A stretch of 64,000 nucleotides of DNA from the NCBI GenBank assembly GCA_040954595.2, contig CM082579.2, positions 5,693,625 through 5,757,624 on the forward strand, given 5' to 3'. The DNA comes from Balanoglossus misakiensis (Eukaryota > Animalia > Hemichordata). The notes beneath the pieces are model-generated. The model was not told the origin of the DNA and searched no databases. It saw only the letters and a program-made list of their open reading frames with translations. Positions 48,856-61,800 of this stretch are shown in pieces (positions within the stretch are counted from its first letter, which is position 1; every line of letters starts with the position of its first letter). The translations under genes and the position numbers were made by a program.

Positions 48856-51284
48856 CTGGTAGCCAGAAAAAAACAACTGGGTACTTGGCATTTTCATATC
48901 ATATTCCACACAGTCAGGTCAGCTTGTGTCATTTAGCAATGTGTGATTAATTCATCGGTCAAATGAACTTTCTTGCACGTTGTAAAACACAAAATTACGG
49001 CCCCAGGTGCTATTGGTTTTCTTCTGACATATTGACTTTTCAATGATACGCTGACTGATGTAGTCCGCACATAGCCTCTAGCATGCATCAATGCTTGAAC
49101 AGTGTGGTGTGTGTGTGTGAAGGTAAAGAAATAAGTAAGAAATGATCTATGTGGTGTAAACCTGAAGAAATGTGTCTTCAACATATAAGTTAATATTTTA
49201 TTAAGGAAATTTTGAGCAATTTCTTCCATCTTACAATCATCCTGAACTAGATTTAGAAACAACAGCCATACTTTAGCTGCTGTCATGTTTATACACATCA
49301 CTGAGCATTCGATACTTGGCTCCCATAATGCACTGCAACAGTTGCTATGGAAATGATCAGATCACAAGTTCTTGTCGTAGTACCCATGGAGACTCCAACT
49401 TTCCATATTGATGATATATTTGACCTATGCAGTTATGTTCTGCTATTTATTTCAACAACACAACAACAAACACCTTTAGCTCTCCCCTTAATAGCGTAAC
49501 GTCATTATGAAAGCTGGCACGGTTCCAAACTACCTAAGAACATTACTTCAGCGCTCATAATTATGATTCTCCAATAAAAATATATTTCTTCTGTCAATTT
49601 TGACCTACTTCCAGTCAATACACCTGATAGATGAATTTATCATCATGGAAATATATATAGTCCAAATGAAACGCTAATTAAAATTCCAACTTTTATAAGG
49701 CACTGACATTCCTCATAATTATGCGGTATACATTTTTCGACATTTATCTTTATTTTGCTCACAGAAATTTCATAATCCCGGTAAAATGACTAGTTAACCT
49801 GTCGGTGATTACCTGTAGCTATTTGATTACAATACAGTTAGTTTTCCTTGATAAACTTATTTTTATTTTTCTTGACGGTTAGCAACATCATAGCGCTGCG
49901 ATGGCAATTCAGTTGACTCAGCAAGTCGTCCGTGCCGTTTGCAAAATCTTCACTCTCCGCCACTGACTGTGGGAGTACACCATCTGTGGCAGAACAACAA
50001 CAATTACCGAGAGAGCATCCGCGAAACAACTCTCTCTCCCTCATCAGATTTCTGCACCAACAGCCCTAATCCCGATTGCTCATTTGACGGAGTAATGGCA
50101 ACCCAGGCTTGTTTCTGCCTACAGCTAGAAATCAAGCTCGCCCGTTTGACGATACTTCATTGATGCGCCGACTGGTCTGTATTTTCTGCCGGAATTAATT
50201 CTTGCGTGGTGTGATAACTGTTGCCCCTTAGGCGGGGTCAGGTGTGGGAGCTGGGCCGACTCCAGTGATACGATGGAGTAATTTTCGCATGTAATTTGCG
50301 GCCATCACAATCCAAGCATAATATACAAACTGACACATTTCTGGGGAAATTAGGAGTTCCCTTCATACGGGTGGCAGGCAGAAGGAAAATACAGACACCG
50401 AGCTGCCTACATAATAGCTGTTTTTGAAAGGAAAAACATGCAGGGCGTATCTGCTATTAAACTAGCTCTGACTGATTCCACTAAACTCATTACGGACTTG
50501 AGATTTGTGTAACAACCACACGAAAGTGCTATGACCCCGCCTGTCAATCACCAAAGCCCTACATTGATAATGACCCCATTGGTGGCCCGCCGTTCTGGAG
50601 AAATTCAAATACAGCGAGGCGTTTTGATTGACTGACTGTGTGAAATGCTCCCAATTTGTCGACATTGAAACCATCAGCTGTGTACACACGAGGTGTGGAA
50701 ACGTGTGGACACAGGAAGCTAGACAAGTGACAGTCCTTTTAAAAAGGCGAAAATTCAAAACTGTCAGTGTCAATTCAAAGCTTCGCACCAGGTTTCAGAA
50801 ATGCATACAAAGATGCCATGATTGACACCACTGAATCCATACCTATATTAAGCATGTCGATAAACAAGATTATGCTTGCATAATGAGTATTAAAAGATGA
50901 TGCAAATTAGTTTTGATAAAATTACTAAAATTACTGCAAATCAATTTTAAAGACGAGTCAACTGACCAATCACATCACTGTCTTCTCAATAAATGTCAAC
51001 CCACTTGCTTTTTTTTATTATAATGCAAAAAAGAAATACATCAGTATGTTCGCCTTTCTGAAGTCAATCTCTCTGACCTGTACAGCAAGATGTATAGACG
51101 GACAGACAGAGAATGGAAACCAGTATGCACCTTGCAAGAAAGCAATCATCCCATTCATGCCTGAAGCAAGAAAGAGCCAATGGGAGGCGTCTAGACAAGG
51201 GGAATACTAACTAGTATATATTTAAGAATGATGCATAACCATGGTAACAGCTCACCATCATCCTCAGTCTCAAAACTGAGCATT

Positions 51285-51314
51285 TCGCAAAACCTTTGAT
51301 CGCAAAACCTTTGA
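51285..51314. repeat. 15-bp tandem duplication (tcgcaaaacctttga)x2
   Basis: Exact direct tandem repeat. Confidence 0.85.
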
Positions 51315-54300
51315 ATTGGTAAATACCATGATTTACCATCAACATCATTTAGGATTACACCCTTCACCAGATAAATATTATAATTTAAATTTTATTAACA
51401 CTACTCTTATTTTCCTTGTCTCCCCCACAATCAATACCAGAAAATCAGTCAAGCAAAATAAAATCACACATCTCCGTCCTTCATGGTAGTGTGAAACAGT
51501 CAATCTAATTCACTTCACACTCTGCAGCATTACTTTCAAAAGTAATTAAATTCCTCGCTCTGCAGTCTGCGAGGCACAGAGAGCTGGAAGTGAGACTCAA
51601 TTTGCTGGCATTACTTTTGCGCCATTCCTCCTGCGTGTCAGAAGGCTTTCATTATCTTGGGTGTATCGCATTAGGTTGGGGGGATCTGATGTGACATATG
51701 CTGGCAGGAGTTCTCGCTCATTAGCGCCTCGCTCGCGCTGGAAATGTATGCATACATGTTAATTTCCTCCCTTCCAAAGGGGTTAAAAGGTTCCCCCCAG
51801 TCGGCAAACATGTCGGAAGTGTGGTCGAGTAGACCGAAAACGTAATTACCAGACAATGTGCCAGCGCGACTGGGTATAACATATAACACACACCGGTGGT
51901 GGTGTACCGTTGCAACCAATTACGGGGGAATTTCCCACCAACAATGGGGAAAATAATGCCCAATTTCACGCCTGGAATGCACACATATATCCCCGCATTC
52001 CCCCATGGCACGCCCAAGAGCACCCCTTGGCACACACGGTGGTTTTCTATAAAAGCCCCGGCTAAGATGAATACAGCTTCACACCTCGTAATTCAATTAG
52101 TTATTGGTTTAACCGCTCCCAATGTCATCCAAGAGAAGAAGTGTCTAAAGGTAATGACAGTTATATTGCTACTCGAATACCTCTAATGTAATGCTTCACG
52201 CAAATTCCAACCACCGGGCCCTGATTCTATTTTCCCCCAGGGACATTTTCTCTCGAAATTTTTCCAAAACATAGGGCACACAAGAACAATGAAATCTGAC
52301 TTATCTATTGCCTTTGCTCGAATAACTCTTTCTTTTTAATACCTTTTCCAACTGAAATGATTTGAATACAGACAGTCTGTACACATTATATCAATAATGT
52401 ATCACAATGGTCGCTTTACAATAAATCAACCCCAAAAATCCAATCAGAGCCACATAAAATCCCTGGCTGTACATACTACACAAAAATCAAACTGTCTGCC
52501 TTCAAAATTTTGATTAATTATTCCTGACTAATCAGCCGTGAAAGGTAGGCTTTCACACGATGCATAATTAGGAACAAATAGCTACAAAATTGACACCTAC
52601 AGTGGTTTCTAACAAAAAAGATATTGCACTCAAATGAAAACTGTGTGTGCTGAATTAGCGGGATTGCAGATTATGTAACAGTTATATTTTTATTAAATGT
52701 GTATCTGTAGAGTGTTATGTGGATGTATTCGGTGTATTATAAAATAAACTCGCCCAACATTTGTATTCAACACCGACACACACAAACTCACACGAATTAC
52801 CGGTACCTCATGTCTGGCTGAAAGCCCACAACACAAACCCATCAACTGACAACACAAATGCACAGACATATGCAGTATTACACCTACTATGTTCATACAC
52901 ATAAGATTCCATTAATCAGTTGTGTGTTTTTGTTCAGAGACGAGACACGACACATCTAACTCACCCACCCCTACGCACAACATTCATGTACGTGTTTATG
53001 TCAGTCTATAAAATCACGACAAATCACAAGAAGCGTGGCTGTCCAGACTATAAAACCAACATGTACTAGTCTATCAGACGGTGATAAAATCTCAGTGGCT
53101 GTGTGTCCTGACTGATGTCTGGGTTAAGTCTAACGATGCCATTACTAACGTCAGCCATATGCAGATGCTGACCATTGACCCTTTAGGATAAATATTATTT
53201 TAATAAATATGACCTGAAGTTTCAATTTTTCTCTTTTCTGGTGTGTTACTTTTCTGAGATAGAATAAAACAAATAATACAGCAGTTTTTTATTTGTTTAT
53301 CATATCCTTCATAAAATATATTCTTTAAATTCCCATGGTTCTTATCAAACGTGTATTCGGCATTTGATGATAATCTATCATTTTCTTAGTCAGTTTTGCT
53401 TGATTTACTTGCCAAGTTGACATACTTTTTCGATGTTGTTAAATCCCCATGACTAAACAAGCTGCACACCCCTACGACACAATACAGACTCCCTCCTCTG
53501 AACCCCGACCTTCTCGCAGGAGAAAGCGCTTACATCAGCAAAATGACTAAACCCAGCTTTTCCGTGCTGCGTCCACACAGACTATAATTCTCGTCGTCAA
53601 CACCACTCTAAAGAGGCTGACAAAGCACACAGTGATAAGATTTCCAACTAGATTGCATGACTCAATGCCATGAATCTACCGCACAATCATCAAATCCAGG
53701 GAAAAGAAAATTTGATTATAATTATTATACACACAATCTCTGATACCAGCCCAGTTTCCACAAAAAGACGTTTGTATATAATCCTCTGACTCATGATACC
53801 TGTCTCGTCTAGCATATTAAACATTATGTTTTTCATGTCCATATATCATATCATATCTTTCAAACAAAACATACACCTGCTTTTTTTCTTTCTAATATTT
53901 CATTGCCTTTTTAATCAAAACCTGAAGAAGAAAAAGACAGGCTATATACTCTGCTTTATGTTGGAAATAAAATTTACTGGGTGTCAATAAATCAACAAAT
54001 ACATTCATGGGTAATATATTATATAAACAGAGATGATTATCATCAACAACAGTGAGCTCTATTACTGTACTTTTTCAGCTCTATATGATTGCGAATTTGG
54101 TAAGACGCCCAAATACATGTAGCAATTGTCTGCAAGACAGTAGAAAAAATATTTGCCACAACTCAAACAGAACTGATGACAGCATGTACACATACAGAGA
54201 TACTAGCCGGCGTACTAGCCTATAAAATTTTAAATCCATCATCTCACAATACTCGGGTATAAAGTCACCTGAGAGATGTACTGAGTATACATCTGATGTA

Positions 54301-54668
54301 AACGGATATGGAAATCAGAGCAGTTAATGGTGTTGCTTCAGACACACCTGTCAAGTCATCAAACACATCAAATCAAACTGGGCAACATGAACAAAGCGCA
54401 GTTGAAATGACCTAACACAATTCCATACAGAGTCTTACACTGCGAATAATTTTACACCGAGACAAGAAAGCTTGTAACAAACATTACAATTAAGCACATC
54501 ACCTAGACATTATCAGCATGTCAGATGGCACAACAATCATGAATGATACATTGCACAACACTATACTGACAGCAGCACACAATAAAAGATCACATACTAT
54601 TCAAAGACTTTCTGTCTCTCTGTCGGGTATCTGTCTAGCATTTGAACAACAATTTGTAAGCTCATCCT

Positions 54669-54842
54669 TTAAAGGGACATTAGCTATATCTTTTGGCTTC
54701 ATTTTCAGTATTTTTGTTCTGTGTACCAAATACAGTTTCTTATTCTACTCCAAATAGCATGCTAACACATGCTAAAATACCCAGTACTCATGTGTATTAC
54801 TGCCATTGTTATTGCCAAAAGTTACACCTAATAGAGCTTGAA
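54669..54842. mobile_element. ~174-bp non-autonomous DNA transposon (MITE) with TTAA-like ends and imperfect ~29-bp TIRs
   Basis: Left end ttaaagggacattagctatatcttttggc; reverse complement of the right end ttcaagctctattaggtgtaacttttggc. A related end occurs at 38566-38619. Confidence 0.5.
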
Positions 54843-55810
54843 CTGCTCTTCACCACATTATTTTAAACACAAGAGATGTCACACAAAACAATACATTAAC
54901 ACATCTCATAAACATAACACCCAACCCACACAAGGCCACTTGTGACATAATACACCTCATCAAGCTTTTAAATCAATCATTTCCCGTTCTGAATCAAGGG
55001 CTTACCTTCTGTTAATTACAACCTTCACTACATAATTAACTAAATTAATGCACACAAAAAACAAATTCTGATAATCTGAATACGTCAATTATTACACACA
55101 TACACTTCACACACAAATGCTCTGATTGCAAAGCTGCTATCAACAAAGCCCTTGTGTACAACATTGTTTTTAAGATAGCGTGACTGTTTTTCGCGGTCAG
55201 GAAACATGACACGAAGACACAATTTAAGTCAAAATAATTTTTAGCCTATCCATCACTTGCGACCAGTAACAAAAGACGGTGATGTGGAGTCTCTGGTTAC
55301 CAGCCAAGCCATAATAGATAAGAAATCAATTTTTCATTGCTTGTATGAAAATTTTCAATTCCATCTTCTGCCAGATAACCTTGAGCAGTTACTTCACTCA
55401 ACACAAAACAAGTAAAATTTAATTTTTCAGGAGAAAACTTGATTAAGAAAAGCAACGTGGTTTCAAGCAAACATGAAAATTCTATGAAAGGAACCAATGC
55501 AAATTAAATTTTGAAGATGGCACAACTAGTTCAAAAAGTCATGTTTTTGAATGGTACATCACAAAGTTGTATCTGTGCCTTAGATTGGACACAATATTTT
55601 CTTAAAGTAACTTTACAATATTCAGACATTACTGTCACTCTTAAAATCATACAAATGTACATGTATTAAATTTGATGATTTTAGAGTGACGTTCAAAATG
55701 AACAGAGTTCTCTCCTGTAGACGATTTCCAGCAAGGAAACTTGTCATGATTGCGAGCAATCTTTCACAAATAGCAATTCTGACTCAAAGATTTTTTCAGA
55801 AAGTCCAGAC

Positions 55811-55839
55811 GTTCACCTTGGCAACTGTTGCTTAGCAAC
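55811..55839. promoter_or_regulatory. Tandem RFX X-box-like motifs (gttcaccttggcaac-t-gttgcttagcaac)
   Basis: Two adjacent X-box-like palindromes with a 1-nt spacer, the same layout as 3241-3268. Confidence 0.35.
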
Positions 55840-58800
55840 CAAAGCCATCTTGGATCAGCAACTTTTGCAAGAGCACATGATCAAATGTCCACACAAACTA
55901 ACGCACAAATCGATTTTTCCGCCATAAATCTGTCTAGACTATCAAATTACAATCACCACAGTCCTCCCTCCATCCTTGGAAGGTTGGCCTCACCAGCAGC
56001 TGAAACATCACAATTCAGTGGAAAGACAAACGGGATTCCACAAGCAGCCTCAGATTGCAAACATCGACATCCAACAAAAACAAATTATCATGAGCTGGTG
56101 ATCTTTCAAGCTCCTACCACAAGCCTAATGTTCTGCAACAGCTGTTTCTGTCAGATTTCCTAAAAGTAAAACTGTAAAAGAGAATAATTTATTTCATACA
56201 TATCTGGTTTTATGGCCACTCAAAATCAACGGGGAAAGGGGGGCCTTTGACTCAGACATGAGCCAGACTTGACAGCTCCAAGTGTTGACCTCAAACGGTA
56301 CTGTTTACAAAGTCTGTAGGCATCACCAATTGGCGTTGATGTGTTGAAGTATGACCCTAACCACAGCCATGCCACAAATACTTATCATAACTTTCTCTTG
56401 TGTCACCTGACTTCTATGTTTACAAGATGGTTGCCAAACCTTGAACCTGTCATTGTGGCTGACACACTTGCAATATTTCCCTGCCACATCTGAAACAAAG
56501 CCAGATATTCTGATATTGACAGTAAACAGTATCGGACAGTCAATGCCTGATGTGGCCAAAGTGATGTACAAGTATATTTAGAATGTGACTGTGATTCAAC
56601 CGCTCTGTTACAATACACCCATGATTCCGGCACAAAATATGAACGGAATGCATGTTTCGATATTTCATTTTCAGATGTTTCCTGTTTGAACCGTGACTGC
56701 ATGTCAGGAAATTCAGGGAGGATTTTGCACACACACTGCAAAATAAAATGGCAAAATAGCAGAGTGTTATATATGTAGCCCAGGGAACTCGAAAGCAAGC
56801 TCCTGGTCATGGAACGAGAACCGATACTTGTTATTGTATGCTTGACGTCAACCACTGCACTCAGTCTTTTCTATGGCTGTCTTCGCAGCGAATCCATCAA
56901 AACAGACTGCTCTGTCGTGACTTGAGATGAAGAAAGCAGACTCGCGAAGCCACATAAAGACGCTAAAGGTTGCACCCAGCATGCATTCTCGTCACTCTGG
57001 GTACTACTAGTATAAAATGGCCTTTAATGCATCACAGCCCACACGGCACAGTCCACTGCAAAGTACATGTACGTGCGGGTAATCCATCCCAAACGTAATT
57101 ACACCAATGAATTATGTAATTCTAGATTCTACCCTTTTTAGCATACTTTAGCTAATCACACACACATAATGGAGTTCCGATTCCACGATTTAAAAGCACT
57201 ACAAAAGTACATCTGATGTTAAACATCATCAGTATAACCAGGGAAAAGCCAATGCATTGGTGAATAAGTCTGGTTAGTTTACAATTAAAAAGATCAACTC
57301 CGACGGGACCATTTATAACGCAAGTTCAAGATCAACTTTTAAAACCAAGGAGATAAAACATCAAAGCAGGTGTTCTGAATGACAGTCAGGAAGTTGGCAA
57401 AGAGAACACATGAAAAATGCACACACAGCACGATCGACTCGACTGCTGTGGTGAAACTACGCAAGTCAGTCAGGGGGCCAGATTTAGCGGTCAGGGTGAA
57501 AACCACAAACGAGATGATAAATGCCCCCATCAAAGCGAAAACAGCCAAGTCGTTGAGTAATCGCGGAGACATAAACTTGACGCGGTAGAACGCAAGACGC
57601 TTACCTTATTTGGCAGGACAGACTGCTTTACATATGAAATTCCATCAGTGAAAACAGAAGAGAAACATACAGCGCTTGCATGAAATGGATACAATCTTCA
57701 GCCTAGGTAGTTGTACACACCATGAACCAACTCGGGCCCCTAACGCAACTTACGCTGGATCTCAAGACTTATTTTGCATAGCGTTAAAAGAATAGACACG
57801 CATAGCTGAATACATAAGACTGTGTCGCATTTAAATTAGTTCAGGGCTCAGATGTCTTCTTCATTCTACTGTTTATTAAATTGCAACAATCATGTGACGG
57901 GCATAATAAGTTTGGACGATTCCATTTCACTTAAAGTGCTGCCAACAGAAGGGACCAAAGCGTTGGACGGCTGCCGTGAACTAAGCAGCATGTTATCAAA
58001 TCCATCGGAATAATATTACTTTCAATGTCAATACATTATGTAATATCAAATGTATTGTATTGATTTTTTCGCTCAGTGAACCATGATATATATCAAAAAA
58101 TTTATCAGATATAAATGAAAATCGTCTTTTTTTCTACACAAAATTATTTTTTTATATGTAAACAGTCATTGTGAACTTTTTTCAAACTAGTCAGGGTAAT
58201 AGGTAAGTCTACTGTAGCTACTGGCAAAATTAACATTTCCCAGTAACACAAAATGCACTGATCACTGCTATACCGATAGAGCCAGTACACTGCATGCCTT
58301 CAGTTCAAGTTGCGAGCACTCCGTTGGCTGATGGCATATTTCTGTAAAAATTATGACTCCTTGAAACCAGACCGGCCCACTACTTTTCTTGAAATCACTC
58401 TCTGAGAATGCGGGTTCCTTCAAGTGAAGTACCCGTAGAACTTTGGCTTCAGAGACGTTCCACAGTGAGTGCATGCATTTACGTACGGCTTTCAAAGAAA
58501 TGCCTCATCAAGTTATCATACAAATGGATGGTGCCTATCTTCTTTGGGTTGAAATATCACTCTGCAGTACATGCATTAATATGGGTAAAAAGTTGGACTT
58601 GAGTAAAAGAGCCCTATATTCTCAGATGATGTGTACCACTACTTATCACAGCACTGAAGAATCCATTAGTGAGAATACGACTAATGTCGTGACAGTTTAC
58701 CAGCAGTGCTTGTTGTATACCTTTAATGCTCTTGCTCTGGGCCTGACATGGGAGGTGCGTACATTCACAAGCCATAATATCAGAAAGCTGCTACAAGACC

Positions 58801-61800
58801 GGATTTCAGAATTTCCAAATTCTGCCTGCACCTTAAAGCTCGGCTTCAGACCTCAGATGGTACACTGTACTAACAGTATAAGAGTCAAATATTACTCTTC
58901 AAGCCAGTGACACTGAAAATTGTTAAGATATACCCTTGCCCAGCAATGATGATACTCTTAAACAGCTCCCCTATGGACCTTGACAATTCTATATCAGAAA
59001 AGGCAACAAGGTGCTAAAGGAACAGTGGGAAACACGTCATAACATCTACATGTAGAAACAAAGACAAATTTTGAAGCTACTACCAATTTTGGATTTGTGA
59101 GCATCCACCAGTCCACTCTACTCAGCAGGCTCACTTAATAACATAGCAACATCAGGCGCATAAGATCAACAGAAATAGAAAGTCAGCGTGACTTGTACAG
59201 TTATTTGACCAGCACCAAAGCGTAACGCAACTATAATTCATAAACTGCAAATTTCCTCATCAAAGCCATCTAGTGATTACATCTCACAAACATCCAAACC
59301 AAACAGTGTATACACACACGGCACGCCGATTCCAAAGGCAAACCCTTCAGGTAGCTTCAAATTTCCTGTTCTATTTGCGGAACCTAAGCAGCCTACAAAG
59401 AAGTGTGTCTGCGATATTCATGGGAGAGAAAATTGCGTTCGCAGTCGAAGCTTGGTCATAATCAAGTCTAATCAAACACCGCCTGAAGAAACGCCTTTTG
59501 CGGGAAAGCTGTTACAAATGAACAAACTAAAGAAATCTATGTCACGGTGACATGTCTTACGCACAATCATTTGGCAGACACTGGACATGATAATTATTTT
59601 TTCAGCCCGCATTTACCAACTCCAAAATCTAATAGCCTGATTTTCCTTTTGCCTGAGCTGTACTTTTCTAGCTGATTTAATTACGTTTGATTTGAACATC
59701 TCTCGTGGCATGGACAGCTGAACAGGATAAATACCAATGCATGGAAAAAGTACAGGTGCACTCCCATACATGTATGTGCATCTGTCACTTACTCACGTCA
59801 ATCGTCACAATTTCAAGTTAAATAACTATGGACTATTTCGCGTTTCATGAAAGCGTGTTCTAAAGAACTCATACATATTGTATGGCAAAACAGAAAAAGG
59901 ACAATTAATGTTTCATGAAATACACTCAAACTTACTAAAGATAGGCATGTGTGAACCTTTTCAACACTTAGATTGCAGACATATGCCTGCAAATGCTAGA
60001 GGTCATTCAGAATGGGGAAAAAACATTCCATGTATGTGAATGTCTACTCTAATAGGAGTGCAATGTTAAGTGCAGGAATGTATTTTGCATGCACAACCGT
60101 CTCAGGCACTTTTTGAGCAATAATATTCATTTGCAGTTCCCGAATTGAACACTTTCAACATGTCCATACATTAACCCCAACCAGCCAGTACAGACATCAA
60201 ATATCAAAGTTTGTAAGACTAATTAATATGACAGACACAGCAATCAATAAGCACCCCTTGTGGTCCATTTTATGCATAAACAGTGCATGAGAGCCAGCCT
60301 GAAGTAGGTCATCATATAGGCATCATTCAAATCTCCAAGATCTGAACAGAACATCTCCATCTAATTTTAGAAACATCATCATTCAACATCTGATACAGAT
60401 CTGCAATGAGACGACTGAACTTCAATTTGATAAATGGAAATAGCATCTCTTCCGATGGGTGCGCGCATCTTTCGATAATGATTAAACGTACTGAGAGAAA
60501 AAATTAATAAAACACAAGCACACTACTTCCAGGGGAACGATTTACGACAACAGGTACGAAGGAAGTGCCCCGGCGCGATGATTTACTGTTCACTTGGTAA
60601 AAATCATGGGGTCCATCATGGGGTTGTTGTAACGCAGGAGGTTGCCTTGGGATTTTCTTGTTTTCTAATTGGTCGGCTTGTCACAAAGGCTTCTGCCATA
60701 CTGAGCGATGACACTGCACGACCCCCGCTACATGGATCGGTTTTCCCGGTGTGGGCGGAATAAAGTTCACCCGGGTGCCCTGAATTGTTCGGTCGCATAA
60801 CAGTACTGGTACACTCAGTGACTTGGAGATAACGCACAGCTGCGGGAAGAACTGTCACAGTTCCATCACAATGACTCTTATTTTCGGGATTCTAACCACA
60901 TGTGGTGCTTTACAGAGCAAAACAAAACACCGCTCTCAACGCTAAGATAAAAGCCAGTCATCATTCTGAGAAATTAATACATTCAGACAAGACTTGCCAA
61001 GCGGTGAGAATATCGCAAACTCAGACAATATTTATGAAAATCCGTGGGAGGGGATTGTAAATTTTACATGTAGGTGGATACAGCAACCAGATCGTTTTAA
61101 TACCTGAAGTTATTTTACTGCAGCGCAATGATAAATTTCTCAGTCTGAACTTATTGCACAATTTCCATGTTTTATTGCCTTGACACGACCTACTTTTAGC
61201 TAAATTTGCAGATGAGAAAAATTCAGGCGTCTGTTCTGAATGACCTACTTCTAGTTATAAAATCTGTATGTCATCAGAGTTTTGAGTGGGGGGGGGTTGA
61301 CGTGAGGAACCAGTCCTATCTAAAAAAGTGTCAAGGACACTGTGCTACCATTTGATCAAAATCGGTGAATTTATAAACTGTAACATATATAGCAATTATA
61401 TTTGAACTCAAACTGATCAACTTCCAACACAGTGCACGTATTGCATTTCAACATTTGCTTACAGCTTGGTAGGGAAGATCAATTACTGAGTTCAGTTGCA
61501 CAATCTGTCCCAATATTGACTCTCCAGTCGTTGAAAGCATGATATGCTGAAATGACGTGTATCTCGCAATCGGTCAGGGTAACCTTATTCTCGATAATGG
61601 CGTTTTTGTCTTCATTTTCAAACTCTCCGTACTGTCCCTGGATATAGTGTATGATACATCCACTGTATGTCAAATACAAATACAATGTGATACTTTGTAT
61701 GCTAATTGCACAAGCTCGGAAAGGGGGGAAACATTACAAACAAAAAGTGCAATGTTCCAGAAACAAATAGCGGCGAGGACACTGTGCTGGCATTTGATCA

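Noticed and set aside
52965-52983. Short phase-1 candidate first exon MLCVGV + G|gtgagt
   Set aside because: Poor start context with an out-of-frame ATG 4 nt upstream and no supporting promoter evidence. Such matches are expected by chance in 23 kb.
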